From NCBI GenBank assembly GCA_963675595.2, contig CAXXLZ010000002.1, positions 4,666,253-4,730,252 on the forward strand: a stretch of DNA of 64,000 nucleotides, in the 5' to 3' direction. Position numbers and translations under genes: made by a program. This stretch comes from Thermodesulfobacteriota bacterium (GTDB taxonomy: Bacteria > Desulfobacterota > Desulfarculia > JACQYL01). This document shows positions 9,885 through 18,761 of the stretch, in pieces; within the stretch, counting starts at the first letter, position 1; each line of letters begins with the position of its first letter. Below the pieces are notes generated by a model. The model did no database searches. It was not told the DNA's origin and saw only the letters and a program-made list of their open reading frames with translations.

Positions 9885-11999
9885 TCACGCCTCCTGGTTG
9901 CGGGTTTCATGGCCATTCATGAGTTCGTCCAAACCAGCAATCCACCGTTCCAGCTCTTCACCGTCTCCATCCTTGTTCCAACAGTCGGGTCTGGCGATAT
10001 TGACCTCCACCTGGGGTCTGAGCACGGGGAAGTATTCCTGCAGGGTGTCGCACATGACTCTTGAGGTAAGGGCGGCGACGTTTTCCAGAGCGCTGAACGG
10101 CGCTTCAAAAATGAAAGCGTCGTGCAGGGGAATGATGATCCGGGCATCGTACTGCCTGTAAAGTCTGTCTAGCCGATTGCCTGCAGCCTTGAACACCACG
10201 GCGGCGCTTCCCTGTACGGGGTGGTTGGTCAGCCAGTTCTTCTCCCATCGAGTGGCCTCGCCGGTCTTTGCCCGATATCGTTTCAAGCCGCTGATGGTGT
10301 AGGCATACCCTCTGATCGCCCCACAATGCGACGCCAGGGCCAGGGCTTCCTGCAACTTGGGAAACATGGCCATGAACCGATTCTGCAAAGCCGCCGCCTT
10401 GCCCTTGGAGGTCCCCAGGGTCTGGGCGAGGCCGACCGGAGTTATGCCGTAAATGATCCCCAGAGTGCATGATTTCATCTGATTCCGAAGAGCCTTGTGC
10501 TTTGCCTTGAACTCCTTGCCGGAAATGTTGATATCTTCTTCCGGCAGCTCATCTCGGAAAAAATGCTGGGCCATGGAGGAATAGACATCGCCGGAATTGA
10601 ACATCCCGACCAGCGCGTCATCGCCATACATGGCGGCAGCTACCCCAACCTCAACTTGGCTCCAGTCCACTTCACCGATGCCGTAGCCTTCCGCCGGAAC
10701 AACAAGGGGCCGGAGCACCCGGTCCAGTCCAAGGAAATTCGGCCAACGGCTTGTCTGCCTGCCGGTGTCCGTGCCAAGCTGCCGATGCTCCGCCCGGACG
10801 CGGCCGTCCGCACCGACAAAATCAGGCGACAGAAGTTTGTCCCCCAGCAGGTCGGCGGCCCTTCTTGCCGCTCTCAGCAGGGTGATAGCCGGGTGCAGGT
10901 CCGCATTCTTCTTCAGCGCCTTCTTGTCAAATCTCACTTTTCCACCCAGCAAAAACCTGTGCAGAAGGCCGCACCCCTGGAAGAATTCGGCCAGCTGTTT
11001 GTGGCTCTGTGTATTCCGGATGCCGTATTCAGCGGCCAGGTGCCTTTCGAGCTTCTCCAGATGCATACCGATTCTGGGGATGGCCTCATCCCGCTTTCGC
11101 TCATCCACCCGTACCCCGTTCCACTCAATACGGGCGTTGGTGACCACCCAATCCATCTCCACGGTTTCGCAATGACGTACCAAGCCGTGCTGCAAAGCCT
11201 TTTGGAGCTGAAAAGGATAGAGCAAACCCGCAGCGACGGCGTCTTCGGCGGCATATTCGATCTGCTCCTCAGAAAACCGGGCTTCCGCAGGATGGTTCAA
11301 GAAGGATAGTTGGAGCCTTTCCTTTTCCGCTGCCATGCGATAAGCTACTCCGTAGCGTTGGCAGGTCGCCACGAGGGAGAACCCATGCACTTTGTCTTCG
11401 TCGCTTTCCTCCTTGGCCGGAATCCGCTCAAGTTCGTCCGCTTTTCCTTGTATTTTGTATCTGTGATGGTGCAGGCCTAAATGCAGGAGTTTCTCGAAGA
11501 TGAACGTATCCCAGAGTATATGCGGCTCTTGAAGGCCGAGCCGCCACAGGCAGAAAAGTTCAACCTTGACGAAATGACCGACAAAGGGAAGAGGTAGTCG
11601 AAACAGCTCGCTCAGGACCGGCGATAATTCAGGTTTTCGCAGATCAACGACAAAATTGTAGAGATAACCTTCTCCATCATCGGACGGCTCCGCCATGGCC
11701 AGAGACAGGAGAAGCGGCCGTATGCTGCGCGGGTCGTAGACGGTGTTTCTTCTGTCGATCTTGACCCCCGGTCGGTCATACCCAAACTCGGTATCAAAAC
11801 CGATATGAGAAAGCGGCCGCTGCAGGGCAAAATCGACCATGGCCCGGGCATCAGCAATTGCTTCGATGAAATGGGTCTTCTTTGCATAATACCGAGGCGA
11901 TTTCCTTAGGCCATAGGATATCCGGCCGGCTGCCGGTTTCTGCTCCGCGTCCTGAACTCGCTCTTTCCAGATTGGTAGAAGTTCCATCGGGCTCACCAT
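9885..11999 (-). CDS. Family A DNA polymerase with N-terminal 3'-5' exonuclease (no 5' nuclease domain)
   Basis: Exonuclease motifs GFDTE and YAAEDA. Polymerase motifs TDTGRQTS, DWSQVE (A), RNQMKSCTLGIIYG (B), NHPVQGSAA and LHDA (C). Confidence 0.9.
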   Translation of the reverse strand: MVSPMELLPIWKERVQDAEQKPAAGRISYGLRKSPRYYAKKTHFIEAIADARAMVDFALQRPLSHIGFDTEFGYDRPGVKIDRRNTVYDPRSIRPLLLSLAMAEPSDDGEGYLYNFVVDLRKPELSPVLSELFRLPLPFVGHFVKVELFCLWRLGLQEPHILWDTFIFEKLLHLGLHHHRYKIQGKADELERIPAKEESDEDKVHGFSLVATCQRYGVAYRMAAEKERLQLSFLNHPAEARFSEEQIEYAAEDAVAAGLLYPFQLQKALQHGLVRHCETVEMDWVVTNARIEWNGVRVDERKRDEAIPRIGMHLEKLERHLAAEYGIRNTQSHKQLAEFFQGCGLLHRFLLGGKVRFDKKALKKNADLHPAITLLRAARRAADLLGDKLLSPDFVGADGRVRAEHRQLGTDTGRQTSRWPNFLGLDRVLRPLVVPAEGYGIGEVDWSQVEVGVAAAMYGDDALVGMFNSGDVYSSMAQHFFRDELPEEDINISGKEFKAKHKALRNQMKSCTLGIIYGITPVGLAQTLGTSKGKAAALQNRFMAMFPKLQEALALASHCGAIRGYAYTISGLKRYRAKTGEATRWEKNWLTNHPVQGSAAVVFKAAGNRLDRLYRQYDARIIIPLHDAFIFEAPFSALENVAALTSRVMCDTLQEYFPVLRPQVEVNIARPDCWNKDGDGEELERWIAGLDELMNGHETRNQEA

Positions 12000-12002
12000 A
12001 AA

Positions 12003-12056
12003 AAAGGTGCCGGCTTCCCTTATAAAGAATTACCTATAAGGGGTGGTGGCACCTTT
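12003..12056. other. Nested inverted repeat, candidate replication origin or operator
   Basis: AAAGGTGCC-N5-CCCTTATA-N10-TATAAGGG-N5-GGCACCTTT, overlapping the stop codon of the helicase-HTH gene. Confidence 0.55.
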
Positions 12057-13858
12057 GGATTCCAGTATCGTTTGATCGTCCTTGTGCTTACCCCCAACAG
12101 GGCGGCGGCTTCACGCTGCTTCAACCCTTCGCTTCTGGCCTCCATAATCTGGGTGTGCAGTTCCGCCGTCCGTGCGGACCTTCTGCCGAGGATGCCGAAA
12201 TAGTCTCGTGCCTCGCCGATACTGTTGAACTCCCGCGTATAGGCGAGGTCCGGATGATCGGCGCACTGAAAGGTAATGACCTCCCTCGGCTTGGTGTAAG
12301 GCCGCACCCTACCCACCGCCTGGAGCACGGTATCCATTTCCTGGTGGTTCAGGGCATGTTGCGCCAGAGTGTGCAGATCATAGATGCGGTCCCCCTTGTT
12401 CCGGACCCCGGCCCGTCGCCTGCACGGCCTGCCTTCAATGGAGATTTTCAGCGGCAGGTTCATATCGGAACCAAGGATATCCTGAAGAATACCGTTAATG
12501 GCTTCTTCAGTGACGTAATAGCCGGTGAGGCAATACGCGCAGTCGAAATCCTCGAAGAGGTTGGTGCCGATCATGCCGTAGTGGATGAGTGGCAACACTT
12601 TGGCGTCCCGCAACAGCTCGGTCTGCCGGCCGTTGATGACCACTCGCACTTCGACGCCCAGCGCCCGGAGCCGCTCTTCCATCTGGCGGGCGCAGAACGC
12701 GCAGAAACATTTCTTGGCCAGCAGCAAGGGGCGCTTTCCCTCGCGGAGCCTCTTGGCGACCAGACCAGCAAAGAAGTCCAGAATCTGGCCGGAGTTCTTC
12801 TTGAAATACTTTCGCGCCCCCAGCCGGCATGCGATGTTGAACCACCGGGTCTCAGCGTGGCTGAAAGAATAGTCCTCAAAGGGGCTGGCGAATTCCGTAC
12901 CCAGCCGGTAGGTCGTGAATTCCTGGTGAGCCGTGCCGCTGTAAATGATGAAATCCGTGGAGACGCCGGGCACGGCGGCAAAAAGGATATCGCCGTTGGC
13001 CGATCGCTCCCTGGATTCCAGCGGGGAGCGGCCGAAATGGATCAAATCAAAGCCAAGGAAAGAAAAGGCTTCGCCGTACAGACTGAATCCGCGAGTCTGC
13101 ACGGCGAGCGACCAATCATGATGGATTTGAGGAAAGCACCAGTCGTGAATGCGCAAATCGCTGGTTCCGGCGACAAGAAGCAAGTCACAGAGATACAGCC
13201 AACGCGCATGGAGTTTCCGCCGGCTTCGCGGGTTCATCTTGCTCAGGACATCAACAAAAGCCCGCAGCCGCACGCGGTCGATTGTGCGCCGAAAGGGTTT
13301 CATGATGCAATTGGCCTCGTCGAGAATGACCAGAACTCGCTCCGCTCCAGCCCACTGGGCAAGTTGATCCAGGAAATAGGGGGACCTTTCCAGGTGGGCC
13401 TGGGTGCCGAAGACTGCTTTGGCGCCTTTGATCGACCGGCCGAATTGCCGGGGCCATGCACACTCTGGCCGCAGAAGGCACTGGCCGCACAACTCGGTGC
13501 GGCCGAGAGCTCCCAAGCCGTTTCGCTCAAACACCTGCCAGTGGCGGTTCATGTCGGCACCGCATCGATTCCCGGGTCGTGGTTTCAAATTGACCAGTTT
13601 GATTCCCGTCGGCGGGCGCTGCACCCATTTCCGCTCTTCGATGACTTGCCGGGTGGGGAAAAGGGCGATAACGAGGTCGTAGAGTTCGGAGGCAACCGCT
13701 TCCTCGATGGTCAGGTCGATGTTGTGGCTTTTCCCTACTCCCACGGCCCAATCAACCCGTAACCGCCCGTTATGCTCCGCCAGAAGTTCCAGCATCCGCT
13801 TTCCGTCCCAGTGCCGCCGAAAGGCGGCCAGCTCATCAGGACCGCTGATCACCGGCAT
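12020..13858 (-). CDS. Divergent SF2-helicase-like protein with C-terminal HTH (putative replication initiator)
   Basis: Walker A-like AVGVGKS, LFPTR, Walker B ILDEA, SGT, motif VI-like QAVGRVR and a Cys cluster. C-terminal GLKQREAAALLGVSTRTIKRYW. Confidence 0.65.
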   Translation of the reverse strand: MPVISGPDELAAFRRHWDGKRMLELLAEHNGRLRVDWAVGVGKSHNIDLTIEEAVASELYDLVIALFPTRQVIEERKWVQRPPTGIKLVNLKPRPGNRCGADMNRHWQVFERNGLGALGRTELCGQCLLRPECAWPRQFGRSIKGAKAVFGTQAHLERSPYFLDQLAQWAGAERVLVILDEANCIMKPFRRTIDRVRLRAFVDVLSKMNPRSRRKLHARWLYLCDLLLVAGTSDLRIHDWCFPQIHHDWSLAVQTRGFSLYGEAFSFLGFDLIHFGRSPLESRERSANGDILFAAVPGVSTDFIIYSGTAHQEFTTYRLGTEFASPFEDYSFSHAETRWFNIACRLGARKYFKKNSGQILDFFAGLVAKRLREGKRPLLLAKKCFCAFCARQMEERLRALGVEVRVVINGRQTELLRDAKVLPLIHYGMIGTNLFEDFDCAYCLTGYYVTEEAINGILQDILGSDMNLPLKISIEGRPCRRRAGVRNKGDRIYDLHTLAQHALNHQEMDTVLQAVGRVRPYTKPREVITFQCADHPDLAYTREFNSIGEARDYFGILGRRSARTAELHTQIMEARSEGLKQREAAALLGVSTRTIKRYWNPKVPPPLIGNSL

Positions 13859-14519
13859 GGACTCTGACCCCCTTGAGAGCCATCATTTTGCCGATCTCTT
13901 CGACGCCGGCCAGCTGCTCGTTGCCGATACGCGGGTACACGGCGGCAAGAACGTGAAGCCCGGCCTCGTAGTCGTCCAGAAAGCGCCGAATTGCCGCTTC
14001 ACCGCCGTCCACATCCTCCCGAAGTTCCGCTGTGGAGACGGTGTATTTTGCCCCTTCCCTGGTCACGAACAGGACCGTGGGCTTTCCGGCCTTCAGGACA
14101 TTGGATATCTGGGGCAGCAGGGCGAACGGCCTCAACGACCGGCTCACCGGCAGGAGGCCGACACAACCGGCCGCCGGCAGATAGACTGGGAGCAGCAGCC
14201 GCTGGTCCCGCTTGCGGCCAATGCGGCACAGCACGCAGTCCGGGCCGTTGCAGACGACATAGCCGTTGATCTCGGTTTCAGAGCAGTAGTGAAGGTCAAT
14301 GGCCTCGCTGTCGGCCGTGAAGGGGATGATGGCGGTTTCGTCGGAGCCCAGGCGGACTAGTTCGAGCAGTGGCTCCGCCGATTCGGCCGCCGCCACATCA
14401 AGAAGGTTGACTCTGTTGGATTGGTTTTCAGACATGGCAGTCTCCTCCGGCTCTCTTGTTGATTCATCAAATAGGTTGGCCTGTTTCGATTTCCCGTCTC
14501 CGCTCATGTTGGACTCCAT
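13836..14519 (-). CDS. Hypothetical protein, possibly a Zn-binding phage-type ssDNA-binding protein
   Basis: HYC...VVCNGPDCVLC His/Cys cluster followed by beta-rich segments. Located directly upstream of the helicase and PolA genes. Confidence 0.5.
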   Translation of the reverse strand: MESNMSGDGKSKQANLFDESTREPEETAMSENQSNRVNLLDVAAAESAEPLLELVRLGSDETAIIPFTADSEAIDLHYCSETEINGYVVCNGPDCVLCRIGRKRDQRLLLPVYLPAAGCVGLLPVSRSLRPFALLPQISNVLKAGKPTVLFVTREGAKYTVSTAELREDVDGGEAAIRRFLDDYEAGLHVLAAVYPRIGNEQLAGVEEIGKMMALKGVRVHAGDQRS

Positions 14520-14609
14520 AAAATGTGTTTGATCTGATTGGTTCCGTCTGCTCTATCTCCTCTGGTGGAGCCCGGCCCAAGGGTGACGGGGAGGGTACTG
14601 GTAGAGGAT

Positions 14610-14819
14610 TCATTGCACCGCCCTTACATCCATTGGACCTTCTGGCGACTCTGCACTCTCTTCTTTGTCCTCAGCCTCGGCCCATTCCTGCAACACCCGG
14701 AAAAAACCCCCGACATTCTCAACCGCCTGCCGGGCATCCTCTTCGGAGATCGCCCTGCCGGTCCGGCGCTCGAACAGCGACATGGTCTGTTTAAGAATTT
14801 CCGGGCTGTACTGCGCCAT
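14610..14819 (-). CDS. Small hypothetical protein (69 aa)
   Basis: ATG with GGAGG RBS: MAQYSPEILKQTMSLFERRTGRAISEEDARQAVENVGGFFRVLQEW. Confidence 0.6.
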   Translation of the reverse strand: MAQYSPEILKQTMSLFERRTGRAISEEDARQAVENVGGFFRVLQEWAEAEDKEESAESPEGPMDVRAVQ

Positions 14820-14934
14820 TGCCGCCCTCCAAACAAAAGAGACCCTGAGGAGCCCAGCCCGACTTGGACTTTGCAGGGTCAGCATCGCCTCGCGGCGATT
14901 CTCACTGTCCAGCAAATCGGGCTTTACCCCGATT

Positions 14935-15047
14935 GGTGAAAAGTCACCGGATCAGTGTGCTTTTTTTGTTTGGATGTGCTAACTAATTGGAATAACTGGA
15001 ATAACAAGATGAAAAATAATTTCGGCCGGCCGGTGAAATTTCACCGG
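14935..15047. promoter_or_regulatory. Paired GGTGA-N4-TCACC palindromic operators upstream of the replication module
   Basis: GGTGAAAAGTCACC (14935-14948) and the perfect palindrome CCGGTGAAATTTCACCGG (15030-15047), flanking an AT-rich stretch. Confidence 0.55.
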
Positions 15048-15049
15048 AA

Positions 15050-16117
15050 CTACAAACAGGAGGGATTGACGTTAAGGGTAAAACGGGTCTTGTACCCATG
15101 GACCTTATTGTAGGGGTGGAAGGGATCCCCTTGAAGGGTCGGAAACACCTCTCTCAGTTTCTTTCGGATCTGGGACACCCATTTCTTGACTTTCTCGGGA
15201 CTTGAGAACGCCCCTGTTGAATCCTGGAACACAATTTCTCCGTGGTGCTCGGCAAATGCACGGAGTATCCTCCAAAGCTTTGAAGGCTGGTATTCCGGGG
15301 AGTCTGCTCTTCTCAAATCGCTGAAGCCCATCTCATCAAATGATCGGTGTTCGGTGTTTCCGGGATACCTGATCTGTACGGTGTGTTCATTCACAAAGGA
15401 AATAACGATTTGGTTCCAGCCCGTACCTTCCGGCACGGCAATCGGTATGATATCCTGCCTCACCCTGCTTTTTGCGGACAGCAGTTCCGCCAACTCACGA
15501 GTATCCAACCCCAACCCATCCTCCGAGGGCATTAGTATATGCAACAGGGGAATGGCGACGCCCTGCTTCATTTCCTGAGGTCCCGGCTGTCCGGCTGCGA
15601 CGAGAAAGAAAGGATGGGGATATTGTTCAACCAGGCCGGACTCAAGGGCCAGATCCATGGACTCGTTGTTGATAATAAAGAAGGCGGACTGTCTTTTTCG
15701 GTTGATGACCAGCGAGCCAAGATAATAGGCCCGTTTCTGAATGATTTCATCAGGGGGTTGGCCGGTACCAAGAGCCGATGCCAATAGGGTTGCAAAGCGG
15801 GGAATATCGATCTGCCATTGCGCAAGGATTGCCGGATCGATCGATACACGGCCCGTGTCCTCCCGCTTGTCGCAGACAATGAATAAACGGGGTGGGCGGC
15901 CGTCCTCGGTGGGAAAAACGTGAACCGGCATCAGACAGGCGTCTTCGCAACCGGGACACTCAACAATTCTTGCCGGGGACGCTCTCTTGAGTAGCCCGAG
16001 TCGCGTATAGGCCGCAATTTCTTCCTTGGGCCAGGCAGCCGGATGATCGGCGGAGAGAATTTCTGCCCCTTCTCTCCGGCCGACAGCTGCGAAATGTTTC
16101 AGGATTAGTTCGAACAT
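15050..16117 (-). CDS. Hypothetical protein with N-terminal Cys cluster and possible C-terminal winged HTH
   Basis: CPGCEDAC...C. C-terminal VKKWVSQIRKKL...HGY resembles the end of an OmpR-type wHTH. Confidence 0.6.
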   Translation of the reverse strand: MFELILKHFAAVGRREGAEILSADHPAAWPKEEIAAYTRLGLLKRASPARIVECPGCEDACLMPVHVFPTEDGRPPRLFIVCDKREDTGRVSIDPAILAQWQIDIPRFATLLASALGTGQPPDEIIQKRAYYLGSLVINRKRQSAFFIINNESMDLALESGLVEQYPHPFFLVAAGQPGPQEMKQGVAIPLLHILMPSEDGLGLDTRELAELLSAKSRVRQDIIPIAVPEGTGWNQIVISFVNEHTVQIRYPGNTEHRSFDEMGFSDLRRADSPEYQPSKLWRILRAFAEHHGEIVFQDSTGAFSSPEKVKKWVSQIRKKLREVFPTLQGDPFHPYNKVHGYKTRFTLNVNPSCL

Positions 16118-17370
16118 TCAGCAACGGTATGGGTACATGGTTCCGCCGGGTACGGGTACCCTTCTTGTCCCGCTTCCGCGAGCCGGCCTTCCTCCCAGGT
16201 TTCTTCCCCGGGCTCAAGGCCGGAGGCCGCCAGCATCTCCCTGATGATCAGATCCCGGCCGTCCTGTCTCAGGTTGCAGGAGTTTGGATAGCTGATGTCA
16301 AGGCTCCGGGTCTTTCCTTTCAACGATCCGGGAGCGGGACTGAAGAAAACTCTCAAGCCCACCTGCGTGACATTATACTCAGACAGGGGCATCGACTCGT
16401 TATGGATTTTGTCCAGCAGGTCATACACCGCATCGGGATTATAGGTCGGGTCCGCCTCCAGGATGATTCGCTCGTTCTTTTTCAGCATATTCGACAGTCG
16501 TAGCTTACGAACCCGCACGTCCTCGATGCCGCTTGCGGGATCGAAAACAAACTGAAAATTACGATGCTTCAGCGGATTGAGATGATAGACTTTTTCGTCT
16601 TTCTCATCCGGTCCGAGCCCGGTCTTCAGAATCGTTTCCGCGAACAACCGTTGCAGGTCGGCGATCGCTTTTTTGACCCCGCGCATAAAAATATCCAGAG
16701 TGCCGTTGGACTGTGAATAGACGAAAATAACTTCAAAGGCGGGTGTCCGGGGTGGCCGGGCAAATTCGTTGTCAATCCATTCAATGCTTGCCTGAGTGTA
16801 GTCCTCGGGATAGGCGAAAAAATAGTCAAGTTCATTCCGACGATAGGGCTCTACCTTGCAGTTTTTGCCTTTACCCTCCTCATGGTAAAAATACCTGCTG
16901 ATCGCCTGCTCCAATCGCGCAATATCCCTCGCTTCAACCAAGGCCGGCTTTTTCGGGAGATTCTTCCGCTTTCGCCAATAGGATGCCGGAATGCTGTCGG
17001 CATGGTGAAACTGGAAAGCACCCCGCCAGTAATCCGGCCGGTTCATGAACACCCAGAAGGCTCGATCATGGTGATTCTTCAACGCAGAAAGAATCGGCCC
17101 CAGTTCTTCCTCATGCCAGGCGGCCTCGTCGAGAAATGCTTTGACGGCCCCCTCGGTTGCCATGAAATCTATCGCCCGGAAATCCTTTTCCATCTCGTTG
17201 CGCTCTTTTTCCGGCAGCGCAAGCCAGGCTTCATAGACTGATTCGATTCTTGTTTCCGTAAGTTCCTGGAAGTTGATTTCCTCAAGCACGCCTTTTTCTT
17301 TGAAATACCGGGCGAGCAGATTGTTGGGGGCCTGCCGAAAAAAACGTTGCGGGTTGTACTGTCGGGCCAT
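16105..17370 (-). CDS. Hypothetical protein (MARQYNPQRFFRQAPNNLLARYF...)
   Basis: 421-aa ORF with a GAGGGG RBS, overlapping the next gene. Confidence 0.7.
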   Translation of the reverse strand: MARQYNPQRFFRQAPNNLLARYFKEKGVLEEINFQELTETRIESVYEAWLALPEKERNEMEKDFRAIDFMATEGAVKAFLDEAAWHEEELGPILSALKNHHDRAFWVFMNRPDYWRGAFQFHHADSIPASYWRKRKNLPKKPALVEARDIARLEQAISRYFYHEEGKGKNCKVEPYRRNELDYFFAYPEDYTQASIEWIDNEFARPPRTPAFEVIFVYSQSNGTLDIFMRGVKKAIADLQRLFAETILKTGLGPDEKDEKVYHLNPLKHRNFQFVFDPASGIEDVRVRKLRLSNMLKKNERIILEADPTYNPDAVYDLLDKIHNESMPLSEYNVTQVGLRVFFSPAPGSLKGKTRSLDISYPNSCNLRQDGRDLIIREMLAASGLEPGEETWEEGRLAEAGQEGYPYPAEPCTHTVAECSN

Positions 17371-17410
17371 GGGTACCCCTCGTCTAAGTTGAATGAGATA
17401 TTGTCGGCGA

Positions 17411-18748
17411 CTAACCGGAAAACTCAAACAGGGACTTTTGATTATTTTGTTCGTAGCCGTCCTGGTAGTCGCGTACTTCGATGTCAAACCTCTCAAGGGT
17501 CTCGACAAAATCATCTTTTACCAGCAGTTCGTCAGAGATGTCGTAGTAATCAAATTCAACATGGATCAGGTCGATCATTTGCTGGGCCTTCGGGAAATTG
17601 AGCCGATGATCCACATAGGTCTCAACAGCCTGTTTAACGGCTTCGTCTTCCGAGATTTTTCCGCTCTGCATTTGTCGATACAGTGTCTTGTCGTTCGCAA
17701 AGAGTTGGCCCCAGCATCCATTTTCTTCCATGGCCTGAGGACATAGATGGTCAATGAGGGCTGTCCGGCTTTCCTTCAGCAGATACACAAGGCTCTTCCG
17801 GAGCGGATTCTTGTCTTGACTCTCATCGCCTTTTCCCTCACTCACCAAACCATCCATGAGTTCATACATCAGGAAAGCGATACAGTTTTCAAGTGGTCGA
17901 ATGCTCTTCAGTTCAATCAGGGTTCCATAGCGCCTCGCATCAAAAGTATGTTTGGCGGTGACATCACCGGCTTGCATGAGAAAATGATTGATCGCCACCA
18001 AGTTCTCCACATCTTCGCGGGTCAGAACATTCCAGCTGCTTTTCAGCCGAAGATTGGTCTTTGGAAACATATTGTTGAAAGGACGCAGGGAGATGGACTT
18101 GTTCTTGATCCTGACGCCGTGCAAGGCCATTTTAAGCAGCTTGTACTTATTCCGGTAAAATGTGGTCTTCCGCAGCTCTGCCGGGTCAACAGGCGGGTTC
18201 TCTTCGAGCACGGAGAGGGTTGTCTCAATCTCCTGTTCAATCTCTTCCGAGGCTTTCTGAATTACCGGACAGGTCTGAATGGCGATATTCATCCCTTCGA
18301 TGTTGATTTCAATCGGTTCCCCCTCAATCTGCCTCAACAGACTCTTGGCCATGCCACTCCCGCCAATAAAGCCGTTTGGGAAATCGATGTGTTCCGAAAC
18401 CTCTTCCCAGGATAAGGCCGCCGGTGAATACACCATGACTGCATCATCAACAATGATAATAGCCAACCTGATATAATTGGCGCTCTGGACATTGAGCCGA
18501 TCGAGACTCTTGTTTATCAGCTCAAGGGCGGCCTGTTCACCGAATCCATAACGGACGGTGTTCTCGGAGGTATCCACATAAAGATCACAGTGCACACCTT
18601 TCTTTACCAACTCCAAAAGCTTTTCGATCTCATCAACAAAGTAGCCGGCCTTGGCGATAACGATCCGGTTCCGGGCTTCTCCAAGAAAAGAAAGAACACT
18701 TTCCTTTGTCACTTTGACGAACTGAACAGCAGCGGCTTCTCCCTTCAC
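17411..18748 (-). CDS. Hypothetical protein with possible degenerate PLD-like N-terminal domain
   Basis: ARNRIVIAKAGY...IRLAIIIVDD resembles PLD-fold strands but lacks a canonical HxK. Confidence 0.55.
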   Translation of the reverse strand: MKGEAAAVQFVKVTKESVLSFLGEARNRIVIAKAGYFVDEIEKLLELVKKGVHCDLYVDTSENTVRYGFGEQAALELINKSLDRLNVQSANYIRLAIIIVDDAVMVYSPAALSWEEVSEHIDFPNGFIGGSGMAKSLLRQIEGEPIEINIEGMNIAIQTCPVIQKASEEIEQEIETTLSVLEENPPVDPAELRKTTFYRNKYKLLKMALHGVRIKNKSISLRPFNNMFPKTNLRLKSSWNVLTREDVENLVAINHFLMQAGDVTAKHTFDARRYGTLIELKSIRPLENCIAFLMYELMDGLVSEGKGDESQDKNPLRKSLVYLLKESRTALIDHLCPQAMEENGCWGQLFANDKTLYRQMQSGKISEDEAVKQAVETYVDHRLNFPKAQQMIDLIHVEFDYYDISDELLVKDDFVETLERFDIEVRDYQDGYEQNNQKSLFEFSG

Positions 18749-18761
18749 CTGCGCCCCCGTA

